A stretch of DNA of 64,000 bases, from positions 32,001 to 96,000 of the forward strand of contig JBFWRP010000010.1 in the NCBI GenBank assembly GCA_050248855.1. The letters are read 5' to 3'. The DNA is from Planctomycetota bacterium (lineage in GTDB: Bacteria; Planctomycetota; PLA2; JAEUHO01). The position numbers and the translations under genes were made by a program. Under the pieces are notes generated by a model that saw only the letters and a program-made list of their open reading frames with translations, searched no databases and was not told the origin of the DNA. Shown here piece by piece: positions 15,587 to 24,754 of this stretch. Each line of letters starts with the position of its first letter. Within the stretch, counting starts at the first letter, position 1.

Positions 15587-18190
15587 TCAGCGCCGCCTCA
15601 AGGCGTCGTCGATGGCTTGCTGCAGCTGCTCGCCGGCGACGCGTTGGTACCAGGACTTAACGGGCACGCGACGCGCCGTGAGCACCACCGTCGTAGGCAC
15701 GAAGCTCATGTAGTAGGTGTGCACGACCTGCTTCTGGAACGTGTCCCAGCGTGCGCGCACGCTGACGTCCACCGCGACGACATCGATGTCGCGGGCGCGT
15801 TCGACGAGCACCGGCAGGAAGTCGGCGGCCTGCAGGTCGCTGGCCTTGCTCGAGTCGTCGTAGAAGAGGATCACGAGCGGCCTCTGGCCGGGCTCGCGCA
15901 CGACGCGCGCGTCCGACGTGCGTACCAACGACGGGGGGTAGCCCGGCACCCGTGCGTCGCCCGCGACTTGGCGAAGGCGTTGGACGTGCGCGTCAAGCGC
16001 GAGGCCCAAGCCGCTCGGGGGCGGGGTCGTGTCGCCCGTCGGCGCCCAGCCGTCCCCGCCGAGCGTCGACGGGTCCCGGTACTCGCCGGGCGAGGGGGTC
16101 GGGGCCGCGCCGGCGTCGTCCGGGTCGGCGGGCGGCAGCCGCAGCGCCTTCACGAGCTCCAGCTCCACCTCGGCGGCATCGATGCTGCGCGTGAAGAGGC
16201 GGGGTGCGCGCCGGTCGGGGGGCAGCACCACGAGGGTGGGCACGTCGCGCAAGTACGCGCGGCGCAGCGCGTCGAGAGCAGCGTCGTCGGGGCCGCGCGG
16301 ACGCGCTTCCACGACGACGAAATCGAAGCGGTCCCGGTAGCCCACGAGCGTCGACAGCAGCGAGGCCGCCGCCAGGTCGCTGGCACGATCGGCGTCGTCC
16401 ACGAACGCCACGACCGCGGCCCGCGCGCCGGGACGCAGCGCGAGGCGCGGGTCGGCGCGCAGCAGGAGGTCGGCGGGGTAGCCGACCAGCGACGGGTCGC
16501 CCGGCCGGTCGCGCAGACGCAAGGCGTGCTCGCGGGCGCGCTCGGCAGGCGTCGTGCCGACGTACGGCGGGACGCCGGGCGCCGTACCGCCGGGGAGCGG
16601 CTCGGCGGAACCTGCGGGCACGTCACCGGTCCCGCTCCCGGGCAGCGGGTTGCCCCACGGGTCGTCGGGAGCGGCCGGGGCACGGGGTGCCTGCGGGGGC
16701 GCCGAACCAGGAGCCGGCGCGCCCCATGGGTCGTACGGCGCGGGGTCGTGCGGCGCCGTCGGCTCGGCGGGCGGGGCCCCGCCTCCCGGTGTCGCGCCTC
16801 CGGGGCTGGTGCCGCCTGGCGTGGCGCCCGGGCCAAAGCCCCACGGATCGCTACCGGTAGGGGGAGCTGGCGAGGTCGTCGCGGGACCGGGGCCCTGCTC
16901 GGGAGCGCCGGGCATCCACGTCTCGCCCGCCGCGCCGCTTCCGGGGGCCGCGAGGGGGTCGCCCATGTCGGGCGCGCCGGGCAGCCACGAGTCGGGGGAG
17001 GAGCTGCCCGGAGGCGCAACGTCCGCCGGCGCTGGGAAGGCCGGCTCCGGGCTCCCGGCGAGGCGCGGGAAGTCGCCCGGCGGCGGCAGCTCGAGGCCCA
17101 CATCGGGATAGCGGGCGCTCCAGTCGATCGGGCCGTCCGGCGCGGCAGCTCCGTCCACCGGGGGTGCGGCGGGCAGCTCGTCCGCGCCGGGCCCGACCGA
17201 GGCACCGGCCGGGGTGTCGCCGGCAGCAGGCGGGGCAAGCGTCCCGTCACCCACCGCTTCCGCCTCGGCACCGGGGGGCGTGGACACGGCCCCGTCCGCG
17301 GGCGGTGGCTCGATGCCGGCCACGCTGGGCAAGCTGGGCTTCACGCCTTCGAGCAGCGGAACGTCGGGGACGTCTGCCGCAGGGCCCTGCCTCCAGAACG
17401 GATCGTCGCCCGGAGCCGGCGGGGGCTCGGGAGGGGGCAGCGGAGCGCCGGGCTCCGCAGCCCGCCCGCCGGGGACCTCCGGGAACGGGACGTCGAGCGG
17501 CTCCGTGGACGGGTCGAGCGCCCACGGATCGGGGATCTCCCCCGGGCCCGGAGGGGGCGCCGGTCGAGCCGACTCGTCAGGCTGCTGCGGCGGACCGGGA
17601 CGTTCCGGCGCGCTCGGCTGCGTGCCCGGCAACCGTGCCGGCGCGGGCGACGCGACGTGCTCCGAGGCTGCGTCCTCGAGGGTCACCGGCACCGGCGCGC
17701 CTGGCTGGGCGGGCACGGTGGCCGGGAGCGGGAGGACGGGGCCTCGCGCGGGTCGCGTCGGCCGGGCCGGCGGGATGCGCGGTCCCCCGACGCGCACGGG
17801 CCGGACCCCGCGCGGCGGTGGCGGAGCCGGGAAGTCGCGCCGTACGACCGGGGCAGGAGGCGGAGCAGCTGCCGGCTCCGCGGCGGGGGCAGGTGCCGGC
17901 TCGGCGGGTGTGTCGGGTTCCGGGGGTCCCGGGGGTTGGGCCTTGGCCTCCTCGGGCTCGGCCGGCGCGCCGACGGGCGGTTCGCCGGCAGGCGGTTCGT
18001 CGGCGCCCGCCACGCCGGGCGCCGCGAGCAGCGGGCCCGTGGTCGCCAGGGCGGCAACGAGCACCACGTGCAGCATGCGGCTCGTGCTGCCCCGCGGGCC
18101 GGGCACGTGGACATCGGGCAGGGGAGTCGGGGAATCCTGGCGCATGGCGCGCTGCCACCTCCCGGGACGAGGTTGCCCGAAGGGCATCAT
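15587..18190 (-). CDS. Exported Pro-rich protein with two C-terminal thioredoxin-like domains lacking CxxC
   Basis: Hydrophobic signal segment, long Pro/Ala/Gly linker, duplicated unit H..RLR...GD...GYP...F.DD..[RK]ASDL...VPT; ATGA overlap with the glmS stop. Confidence 0.65.
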   Translation of the reverse strand: MMPFGQPRPGRWQRAMRQDSPTPLPDVHVPGPRGSTSRMLHVVLVAALATTGPLLAAPGVAGADEPPAGEPPVGAPAEPEEAKAQPPGPPEPDTPAEPAPAPAAEPAAAPPPAPVVRRDFPAPPPPRGVRPVRVGGPRIPPARPTRPARGPVLPLPATVPAQPGAPVPVTLEDAASEHVASPAPARLPGTQPSAPERPGPPQQPDESARPAPPPGPGEIPDPWALDPSTEPLDVPFPEVPGGRAAEPGAPLPPPEPPPAPGDDPFWRQGPAADVPDVPLLEGVKPSLPSVAGIEPPPADGAVSTPPGAEAEAVGDGTLAPPAAGDTPAGASVGPGADELPAAPPVDGAAAPDGPIDWSARYPDVGLELPPPGDFPRLAGSPEPAFPAPADVAPPGSSSPDSWLPGAPDMGDPLAAPGSGAAGETWMPGAPEQGPGPATTSPAPPTGSDPWGFGPGATPGGTSPGGATPGGGAPPAEPTAPHDPAPYDPWGAPAPGSAPPQAPRAPAAPDDPWGNPLPGSGTGDVPAGSAEPLPGGTAPGVPPYVGTTPAERAREHALRLRDRPGDPSLVGYPADLLLRADPRLALRPGARAAVVAFVDDADRASDLAAASLLSTLVGYRDRFDFVVVEARPRGPDDAALDALRRAYLRDVPTLVVLPPDRRAPRLFTRSIDAAEVELELVKALRLPPADPDDAGAAPTPSPGEYRDPSTLGGDGWAPTGDTTPPPSGLGLALDAHVQRLRQVAGDARVPGYPPSLVRTSDARVVREPGQRPLVILFYDDSSKASDLQAADFLPVLVERARDIDVVAVDVSVRARWDTFQKQVVHTYYMSFVPTTVVLTARRVPVKSWYQRVAGEQLQQAIDDALRRR

Positions 18191-20016
18191 TGGACCGTCA
18201 CCGTCTTGGCGAGGTTCCTGGGCTGGTCGATGTCGCAGCCGCGGCGCTTGGCCGTCTCGTAGGCCAGCACCTGCAGCGGGATCACGTTGACCACGGGCGC
18301 CAAGAGCGGCGGCAGGGCCGGGACCGGCAAGACGAAGTCGGCCACCTTGGGGGCGTCGGGATCGCCCTCCGCAGCGACCAGCACCACGAGCCCGTCACGC
18401 GCCTTCACTTCGCGCACGTTGCCCAACATGCGATCGCGCCAGGGACCCGCGGTCGCGATGGCGACGGTGGGCATGTCGAACGACACGAGGGCGATGGGCC
18501 CGTGCTTCATCTCGCCGGCCGGATAGCCCTCCGCGTGGATGTAGGAGATCTCCTTCATCTTCAACGCGCCTTCGAGCGCGGTCGCCGAATCGGGCCCCCG
18601 TCCGAGGTAGAGCATGTTGCCTGCACGGTAGATCTCCCGCACGACATCGGCCACGACGCTCTCCGTGCGCGACAGCGCGTGGCGGATGGCCTCGGGCAGG
18701 CGATCGAGCGCCGCGACCACCTCGCGCGCTTCGGCGCTGGTCGTTCCGCGCGCCTCGGCCGCTGCGAGGGCAAGCAGGAGCAGCGACGTGAGCATGCCCG
18801 TGTAGGCCTTGGTGCTGGCGACGCCGACCTCGGGACCGGCATGCATGTCGACCACGCCCTCCACCAGCCGCCCGATGGCGCTATGGGCCACGTTGAGCAC
18901 GGCGAGGGTGCGCGCCTTCCCGCGGAGCGCCACCTCGACGGCGACCTTGGTGTCCGCCGTCTCCCCACTCTGGCTCACCGCGATCACGAGCGTGCGGTCG
19001 TCCAGCCTCGGCTGGCGTGCGTCGTACTCGTGCGCCATCAGCGCACGCGCGGGAATGCGCGCGAGGCGCTCCAGGGCGTAGGCGCCGTAGAGGCACGCGT
19101 GGTAGGCCGTGCCGCAGGCCACGAGGTCGACGCGCTCGATCCCCTGCCAATCGGCCGCCCGGAGCGGTAGGTCGTCGAACCGGGCGTGGCCTCGAACCGT
19201 GTCCATGCGACCGTGGACCAGCTCGTACAACCGCGCGGGCTGCTCGTGGATCTCCTTCGCCATGAAGTGGGCATGGCCCGCCTTGTCCGTCTCGCGCTCG
19301 TGCTCCTCGATGGGACGACGCACGATGTCGACTTCGCGGCCTGCGCTGTCCAGCACGCGCACGTCATCGGCCTCGACGATGGCGATCTGGTCGTCGCCCA
19401 GCTCCACGACCGCATCCGCGCGGCCCGCCAGGGCGCGCACGTCGGAGGCCACGAGGTTTTCCCCGAGGCCGAGGCCGATCAGCAGGGGGCTCCCGCGACG
19501 GACGGCCACGATCCGCTCCGGGTGGTCGGCGTGGACGAACGCGAGAGCGAAGTGTCCGTGGCAGCGCTCGAAGAGCTCCCGAGCGGCTGCCACGGGATCG
19601 GCGCCCCCGCGCCGCGCGAACAGGTGCGCGAAGACCTCCGTGTCCGTGTCCGATCGGAACGTGACGCCGTCCGCCTCGAGCTCCTCGCGGAGCGCGAGGT
19701 CGTTCTCGAGGATGCCGTTGTGGACGACGGCTACCGCGCCGTTCGCGTCGGCCTGGGGGTGGGCGTTGACACGACTGGGTGCACCGTGCGTCGCCCAGCG
19801 GGTGTGTCCGATGCCGGTGCCCCCCACCAGGACGGCGGGATCCCAGCGGGGCGCCAGATCGGCAATCCGGCCCTTGTCCTTCTCGACGCGCAGCGTGCTG
19901 CCGTCATGGACGGCCACGCCTGCCGAGTCGTAGCCGCGGTAGCTCAAGAGGCGGATGCCCTGCACGAGCACGGGCAAGGCCTGGGAGCGACCGACGTAGC
20001 CGATGATTCCGCACAT
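18187..20016 (-). CDS. glmS: Glutamine--fructose-6-phosphate transaminase (isomerizing)
   Basis: MCGIIGY, GHTRWATHG, SQSGETADT, EMKHGPIAL, C-terminal PRNLAKTVTV. Confidence 0.98.
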   Translation of the reverse strand: MCGIIGYVGRSQALPVLVQGIRLLSYRGYDSAGVAVHDGSTLRVEKDKGRIADLAPRWDPAVLVGGTGIGHTRWATHGAPSRVNAHPQADANGAVAVVHNGILENDLALREELEADGVTFRSDTDTEVFAHLFARRGGADPVAAARELFERCHGHFALAFVHADHPERIVAVRRGSPLLIGLGLGENLVASDVRALAGRADAVVELGDDQIAIVEADDVRVLDSAGREVDIVRRPIEEHERETDKAGHAHFMAKEIHEQPARLYELVHGRMDTVRGHARFDDLPLRAADWQGIERVDLVACGTAYHACLYGAYALERLARIPARALMAHEYDARQPRLDDRTLVIAVSQSGETADTKVAVEVALRGKARTLAVLNVAHSAIGRLVEGVVDMHAGPEVGVASTKAYTGMLTSLLLLALAAAEARGTTSAEAREVVAALDRLPEAIRHALSRTESVVADVVREIYRAGNMLYLGRGPDSATALEGALKMKEISYIHAEGYPAGEMKHGPIALVSFDMPTVAIATAGPWRDRMLGNVREVKARDGLVVLVAAEGDPDAPKVADFVLPVPALPPLLAPVVNVIPLQVLAYETAKRRGCDIDQPRNLAKTVTVQ

Positions 20017-20204
20017 GGCAGGGGACCTCCTCGAGGCCGTTCGGAGGGCGGGGCCGACCCCCGGCACGGGCAGGGCGCACCTGCCCGCGTGAAGCCCCTC
20101 ATGGTGCCCCGGATTGCCGCCGTGTCCGACGGATCGGGCGGGCGCGCCTGCGGGCACCTGTCGGCTGGATCGGCTCGCGGCCCGCGCTCCGTATGCTTGG
20201 GCCG

Positions 20205-21665
20205 ATGAGGTTCACCGCCTCCCGGCCCGCCCCCTCCCACGCCCTCGCGCGGGCGCGCCTCGTCGGGGTCTGCCTGCTGGTCGCCGGCGTCGTCGCGGCG
20301 CTGGGTCTCGCGCGCGCCGAGCCGGGTCCGCTGGAGCCCGCGCTGTCGCTCGTGCTGGTCGGGGAGGAGGCGGGGTTCCTGGTCCCCGCGCACGGCGGCG
20401 AGGGCCTCGCGGGACGCGCGGCTCGCGCCCGACAGCGCACGGCCGCAGGGACGCCCACGCGCCTCCTCGCCGTCGGGGGCTCGCTCGGTCCCGGAACGGC
20501 GACGTCCCGGCGCCTGTCCGCCGACCACCTGAGGGCCGTGCTGGCGACCGGGGGTGCGATCGGCCATCTGCTTGCGGCCGACGACCTGGACGAGCCGGCC
20601 CTGGCCCAGGGCTGGCGCGGCGAGGGACCGCTCGGCGAGCCCACGCCGCCGCTCAACGTCCTCTTGGCGCCGGACCACCCAGCGGCCGGGCGACCGCCAT
20701 GGCTCGACGTGGACGTGGCGGGGGTTCCCCTGCGCGTGTTCTCGTTGGTCGGAGAACGCGCCGGCACGGCGCTCCGGGACGCCGGTAGCGCACGAGCGTG
20801 GATCGCTGCCTCGACGGCGCTCCAGAACCTGCGCCCGGACACGGGACGGTGCTGGGTCGCCGTCCTCGACGCGGACGTGGATGTCGCGGCGGTCGCCGCG
20901 GGGCTGGGCCGTCTGGCAACGTCCGTCACGCTCGTGGTCCGGGGGACGAGTCGCCTCGAGGCGCCCCGCCGCGAGGGCGACGCGCTGGTCGTGGAGCTGG
21001 CTCGGGGCGCCCGTGCGGGCCTCGTGCTGACCTTCACGGTGGACGCGGAAGGGGCGTGGAAGGCCGACGCCGACGTGGTGCCGGCGGTCGATCCGACCGC
21101 CCCTTCCGGGGCGCCCGAGACGGAGCTCCTCGGCCTTTTTCACGAGCGCCTGGAGGGGGCCGCCGCGTGGCGCGAGGTGGCGGCCCTGGACCGCGCGCGA
21201 CCCCGCCACGTAGGCCCCCAGGTCTGTGCCTCGTGCCACGGGGCCCTGGCCGCGGACCCCGCGGTCCTCGGCCACCTGGAAGGAAGCGCCGGGGGGGCGC
21301 TGGCGGCCGAGCCCGGCTGCGCGGCGTGCCACGCGACGGGGTACGTGCCCGGCGAGCGGCGTCTGGCTCGGCACACCGACGGCTTTCGCAGCGAGGCCGC
21401 CACGCCGTGGCTGGCGGGCGTCTCGTGCGAGGCCTGCCACGGTCCGGGGGGCGACCACGTCATGGACCCGCAGCGCCAGGGCGCGCTCCGTGAGGACCCG
21501 GCGGCGGCTTGTGCGGGCTGCCACGATCCGCTCGGCGCCCCGGGCTTGGAGGCGCGTGCGCCGGGTGCCCGGGGCTTCCACGCCGCCGTGGAACCTGCGG
21601 CCCGCACGCGCGTTCCTCCGGAGTGGCTGGCGCGCCTGGAGGCCGCCGGCCTCGGGAAACGCTGA
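20205..21665 (+). CDS. Tetraheme cytochrome c (c554-like) with degenerate N-terminal nucleotidase-like region
   Basis: Four CxxCH motifs (CASCH, CAACH, CEACHGPG, CAGCH) and a signal peptide. Confidence 0.8.
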   Translation: MRFTASRPAPSHALARARLVGVCLLVAGVVAALGLARAEPGPLEPALSLVLVGEEAGFLVPAHGGEGLAGRAARARQRTAAGTPTRLLAVGGSLGPGTATSRRLSADHLRAVLATGGAIGHLLAADDLDEPALAQGWRGEGPLGEPTPPLNVLLAPDHPAAGRPPWLDVDVAGVPLRVFSLVGERAGTALRDAGSARAWIAASTALQNLRPDTGRCWVAVLDADVDVAAVAAGLGRLATSVTLVVRGTSRLEAPRREGDALVVELARGARAGLVLTFTVDAEGAWKADADVVPAVDPTAPSGAPETELLGLFHERLEGAAAWREVAALDRARPRHVGPQVCASCHGALAADPAVLGHLEGSAGGALAAEPGCAACHATGYVPGERRLARHTDGFRSEAATPWLAGVSCEACHGPGGDHVMDPQRQGALREDPAAACAGCHDPLGAPGLEARAPGARGFHAAVEPAARTRVPPEWLARLEAAGLGKR

Positions 21666-21716
21666 CCACGTCGCATCGAAGGCATCGCGCCCGCCGGCAC
21701 GAGGGGACCCCAGAAC

Positions 21717-22925
21717 GTGAACGAGACCGAGTCACCGACATCCACGAGCGTGCCCTCGCCGACGAGCAACCGGGTGGCCATGGGCCTCACCCTGGTCTTG
21801 CTGGTGGGGCTGGGCGCGGCCACGGCCGCCATGCTGCGGGGCGACGAGGAGCCGCCGGAGCCCCCGCGTCGTGCGGTCACCCCGGAGGAAGGCGACGCGG
21901 ATCCAGGCGGCTGCGGGATCCCCGACCCCGACAAGCCCGCCGACATCGCGCTGCAGCTGGACGGCGATCAGCTGGACTTCGGAGACGTCGAGCAGGGCGC
22001 CCTCGAGACGCGCGTCGTCACGTTCCGCAGCACCGGGCGGGGGCCGCTCTGCATCCACCGCGTGCGCAGCGGCTGTGGCTGCTTCCTGGCCGAGCTGGAT
22101 CCACCGGACAAGCTGCGCTTCGAGCCCGGCGAGACCGGACGGCTCAAGATCACGATGAACAGCGAGCGCCGGGAGGGCGACACGCACAAGAGCGTCACGA
22201 TCTACACGAACCGCTTGCGCGGTGGCAGCGTGGTCCTGCGCTGCCGGGCCAACGTCGTGAAGGGGCTGATCTTGGTGGAGACGGCGGCGCGCTTCCGTGC
22301 CGTCCCCCGCGAGACGCCCAGCGAGGCCACGCTCACGCTCTACACACCCAAGGACGAGGGGCCGTTCGAGGTTCTGGGCGTCGAGGGGACGCGTCCCGGG
22401 AAAGGCGGCCTGCCGATCCCCTACACGTTCGAGACCGAGGTCATCGACGATCCCGGCTTGCACAAGGTGCGCCTCGTGATCACGCACCCGGGCCTCGCGG
22501 AGCCCGGTGGCTCGCAGGATGCGATCCGCATCCGGACCTCGCATCGCAAGCGCAGCGAGATCACGGTGAGCAGCTACCTGCAGGTCGTCGACCGCATCCG
22601 GCCCTCGGTACGCACGGCGAGCCTGGGACTCGTCGGCCCGGGCCGCGAGGCCAAGCCCGTGCGCGTCTGGTTCCGGCCCGGCGTCCCCGACCTCTCGTTC
22701 CGCCTGGTGGCCGCCTACATCGAGGCGGCGCCTGGCCGCGACGAGCCCGCCGACGGCTTGGGCTTCCTGGCCACGCTCGGCACCGACGAGCGCGGCGCCT
22801 ACGTGGACCTCCGGCACGATGGTCGCGCTCGCCGGCCCGGCCTGCACGAGGCCATGCTGGTCGTCACGACGGACGACCCGCAGCAGCGGCAGATCCGCAT
22901 CCCGCTTCGCGCCGAAGAACGCTGA
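21717..22925 (+). CDS. DUF1573 (Ig-like) membrane-anchored protein
   Basis: N-terminal TM; LDFGDV, VRSGCGC, EPGETGRLKI, KSVTIYTN. Confidence 0.8.
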   Translation: MNETESPTSTSVPSPTSNRVAMGLTLVLLVGLGAATAAMLRGDEEPPEPPRRAVTPEEGDADPGGCGIPDPDKPADIALQLDGDQLDFGDVEQGALETRVVTFRSTGRGPLCIHRVRSGCGCFLAELDPPDKLRFEPGETGRLKITMNSERREGDTHKSVTIYTNRLRGGSVVLRCRANVVKGLILVETAARFRAVPRETPSEATLTLYTPKDEGPFEVLGVEGTRPGKGGLPIPYTFETEVIDDPGLHKVRLVITHPGLAEPGGSQDAIRIRTSHRKRSEITVSSYLQVVDRIRPSVRTASLGLVGPGREAKPVRVWFRPGVPDLSFRLVAAYIEAAPGRDEPADGLGFLATLGTDERGAYVDLRHDGRARRPGLHEAMLVVTTDDPQQRQIRIPLRAEER

Positions 22926-22931
22926 CGCGTC

Positions 22932-24212
22932 TCAGCCGCTACGACGCACCAAGAGCAGGGTCACGTCGTCTTGCAACGCGGCTTCGTCGACGAACTCCAT
23001 GAGGTCGGACCAGAGGCCGTCGACGATCGCTTGCGCCGACGCGCCCGCGGCCACGTGGCGACGCAACGAAGCCTCCAGCCGTTCCTCGCCGTACAGCTCG
23101 CCGTCGGCGCGCGCCGCCTCGGTCATGCCATCGGTGAAGCTGAACAACACGTCACCCGGGGCCAGCTGGACGGGATCCGAGACGCCGAACGGCGCGCCCT
23201 CCACGATCCCGAGGACGGGACCGGTACGCGCGAGCTCCTGCAGCGTGCCGTCCGCACGCAGGAGCAGCGGCGGGTTGTGTCCTGCGCTGCCGTAGCGGAC
23301 CGTGGCGTCCGCCGGGTCCAGCAACCCGAGGAACAGGCTCATGAACGTCCCCTCGGGCGTGTCGCGCTCCAGGTAGTCGTTCATGAGGTGGAGCACGTCA
23401 CCGGGATCGGGGTTGCGCTGCAGCGCGGCGCGCAGGAGAGCCCGGGCGCTGGCCATCAGCAGCGCGGGCCCCAGGCCGTGCCCGCTGACGTCGCCCACGA
23501 CGAGGGCCATGCGCCGGTCGTGAACCGGCACGACGTCGTAGTAGTCCCCGCTGGTTTCCTCGCAGGGCTGACCGAGCGCGCCCAGCTCGAACCCGGCCAG
23601 CGTGGGGAGGTCGCGAGGCAGGAGCTGCTGCTGGATGTGCTGGGCCACGGCCAGCTCGCGCTTGAGCCGCTCCTGCTCGGCTTTCTCCGCCAGCAGCCGG
23701 GCGTTCTCGACGGCCAAGCCCACGACGCCACCCAACGCCTGGAACACGCGGAAGTCGGTTGCGCTGAACTCGCGTACGCGCGCCGTGCTGTCCACGTACA
23801 AGACGCCCACCACGCTGCCCTTGGCCTGGAGGGGTACGGCCATCACGGACATCAGCTTGAGCGCGAGGATGCTCTCGCTCATCGCGGTGACGCCGCCCGC
23901 GGCGTCGATCGTCATCGACGGCTGGCCCGTGGAAGCCACGCGGTCGACCACGGTACGGCTCGTCCGCTCGTCGAGCGGCAGGTCACCTCCCCCGCGGTGG
24001 CGAGCGGCGGCGGTCTCCAGCTCGCCGCCCTCCGCCACGAAGAGGAACCCGCGTTCGGCGCTGGTGACCGCGATGGCACGGTCCACGGCGCTGCGAAACA
24101 GCTCGTCGAGCGGACGCGGCCCCCACAGCTCGGCCACCGACTCGAGCACGATCTCCACGTTGCGCCGATCGCGTTCGGCATCGCCGCTGAGGATGTCCCA
24201 CGCGCCCGTCAC
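22932..24212 (-). CDS. GAF + SpoIIE/RsbU-type PP2C phosphatase
   Basis: GAF motifs (SVMAVPL, GVLYVDS); SGDYYD, GDVSGHG, SAGHNPP, FTDGMTEA, DDVTLL. Confidence 0.93.
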   Translation of the reverse strand: MTGAWDILSGDAERDRRNVEIVLESVAELWGPRPLDELFRSAVDRAIAVTSAERGFLFVAEGGELETAAARHRGGGDLPLDERTSRTVVDRVASTGQPSMTIDAAGGVTAMSESILALKLMSVMAVPLQAKGSVVGVLYVDSTARVREFSATDFRVFQALGGVVGLAVENARLLAEKAEQERLKRELAVAQHIQQQLLPRDLPTLAGFELGALGQPCEETSGDYYDVVPVHDRRMALVVGDVSGHGLGPALLMASARALLRAALQRNPDPGDVLHLMNDYLERDTPEGTFMSLFLGLLDPADATVRYGSAGHNPPLLLRADGTLQELARTGPVLGIVEGAPFGVSDPVQLAPGDVLFSFTDGMTEAARADGELYGEERLEASLRRHVAAGASAQAIVDGLWSDLMEFVDEAALQDDVTLLLVRRSG

Positions 24213-24685
24213 GCGCCTTCGTCCTCTTCGAGCTCACGTCGCACGACGATGCGCAGGCCCCCCGTAGCGCACCGTTCCCGGTCGAATCGCGTGGCCAAGC
24301 GGTTGATGAGGAACAGACCCCGGCCTCGCGCGGCCTCGAGCGGAGGAGGCTCGGTCGGGTCGCGCTCCAAGGCGATCTGCGGGTCCTTGCCCGAGCCGGG
24401 GTCGGAAACCTCGATCGTCACGGCCTCGGGCTCGACGCGGCAGATGATGCGTACGAGCTCGCTCCCGTCGCCGACCGAGCCATGCTCGATGGCGTTCTGC
24501 ACGATCTCGGTGGCCAGGAGGCCGACGTCGTCGACGTCGTCTTCCCCCCACCCTTGGGCGGCCAGGAGGGCCTCGAGCATCTTGCGCGCCGGCCGCACGT
24601 AGGCGAGGTCGGTCGGCACGAGCATCTCGAACGCCGCGGGCAGACCGTGGGGCATGACGACCTCGGGCCCGACAACCGGGGCCAT
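24209..24685 (-). CDS. RsbW-like anti-sigma factor / serine kinase (HATPase_c_2)
   Basis: LATEIVQNAIEHG, VSDPGSG, GRGLFLI; start 24685 or 24718. Confidence 0.88.
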   Translation of the reverse strand: MAPVVGPEVVMPHGLPAAFEMLVPTDLAYVRPARKMLEALLAAQGWGEDDVDDVGLLATEIVQNAIEHGSVGDGSELVRIICRVEPEAVTIEVSDPGSGKDPQIALERDPTEPPPLEAARGRGLFLINRLATRFDRERCATGGLRIVVRRELEEDEGA

Positions 24686-24754
24686 GGCGGATCCGCCCGA
24701 GAGGCGGGGCGCCACCATACCCCGCGCCCGCGCAGGCCCGCGAGCGTCCCGCGC

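Noticed and set aside
20017..20200. glmS ribozyme upstream of glmS
   Set aside because: The conserved ribozyme core was not recognisable; only a generic GC hairpin is present.
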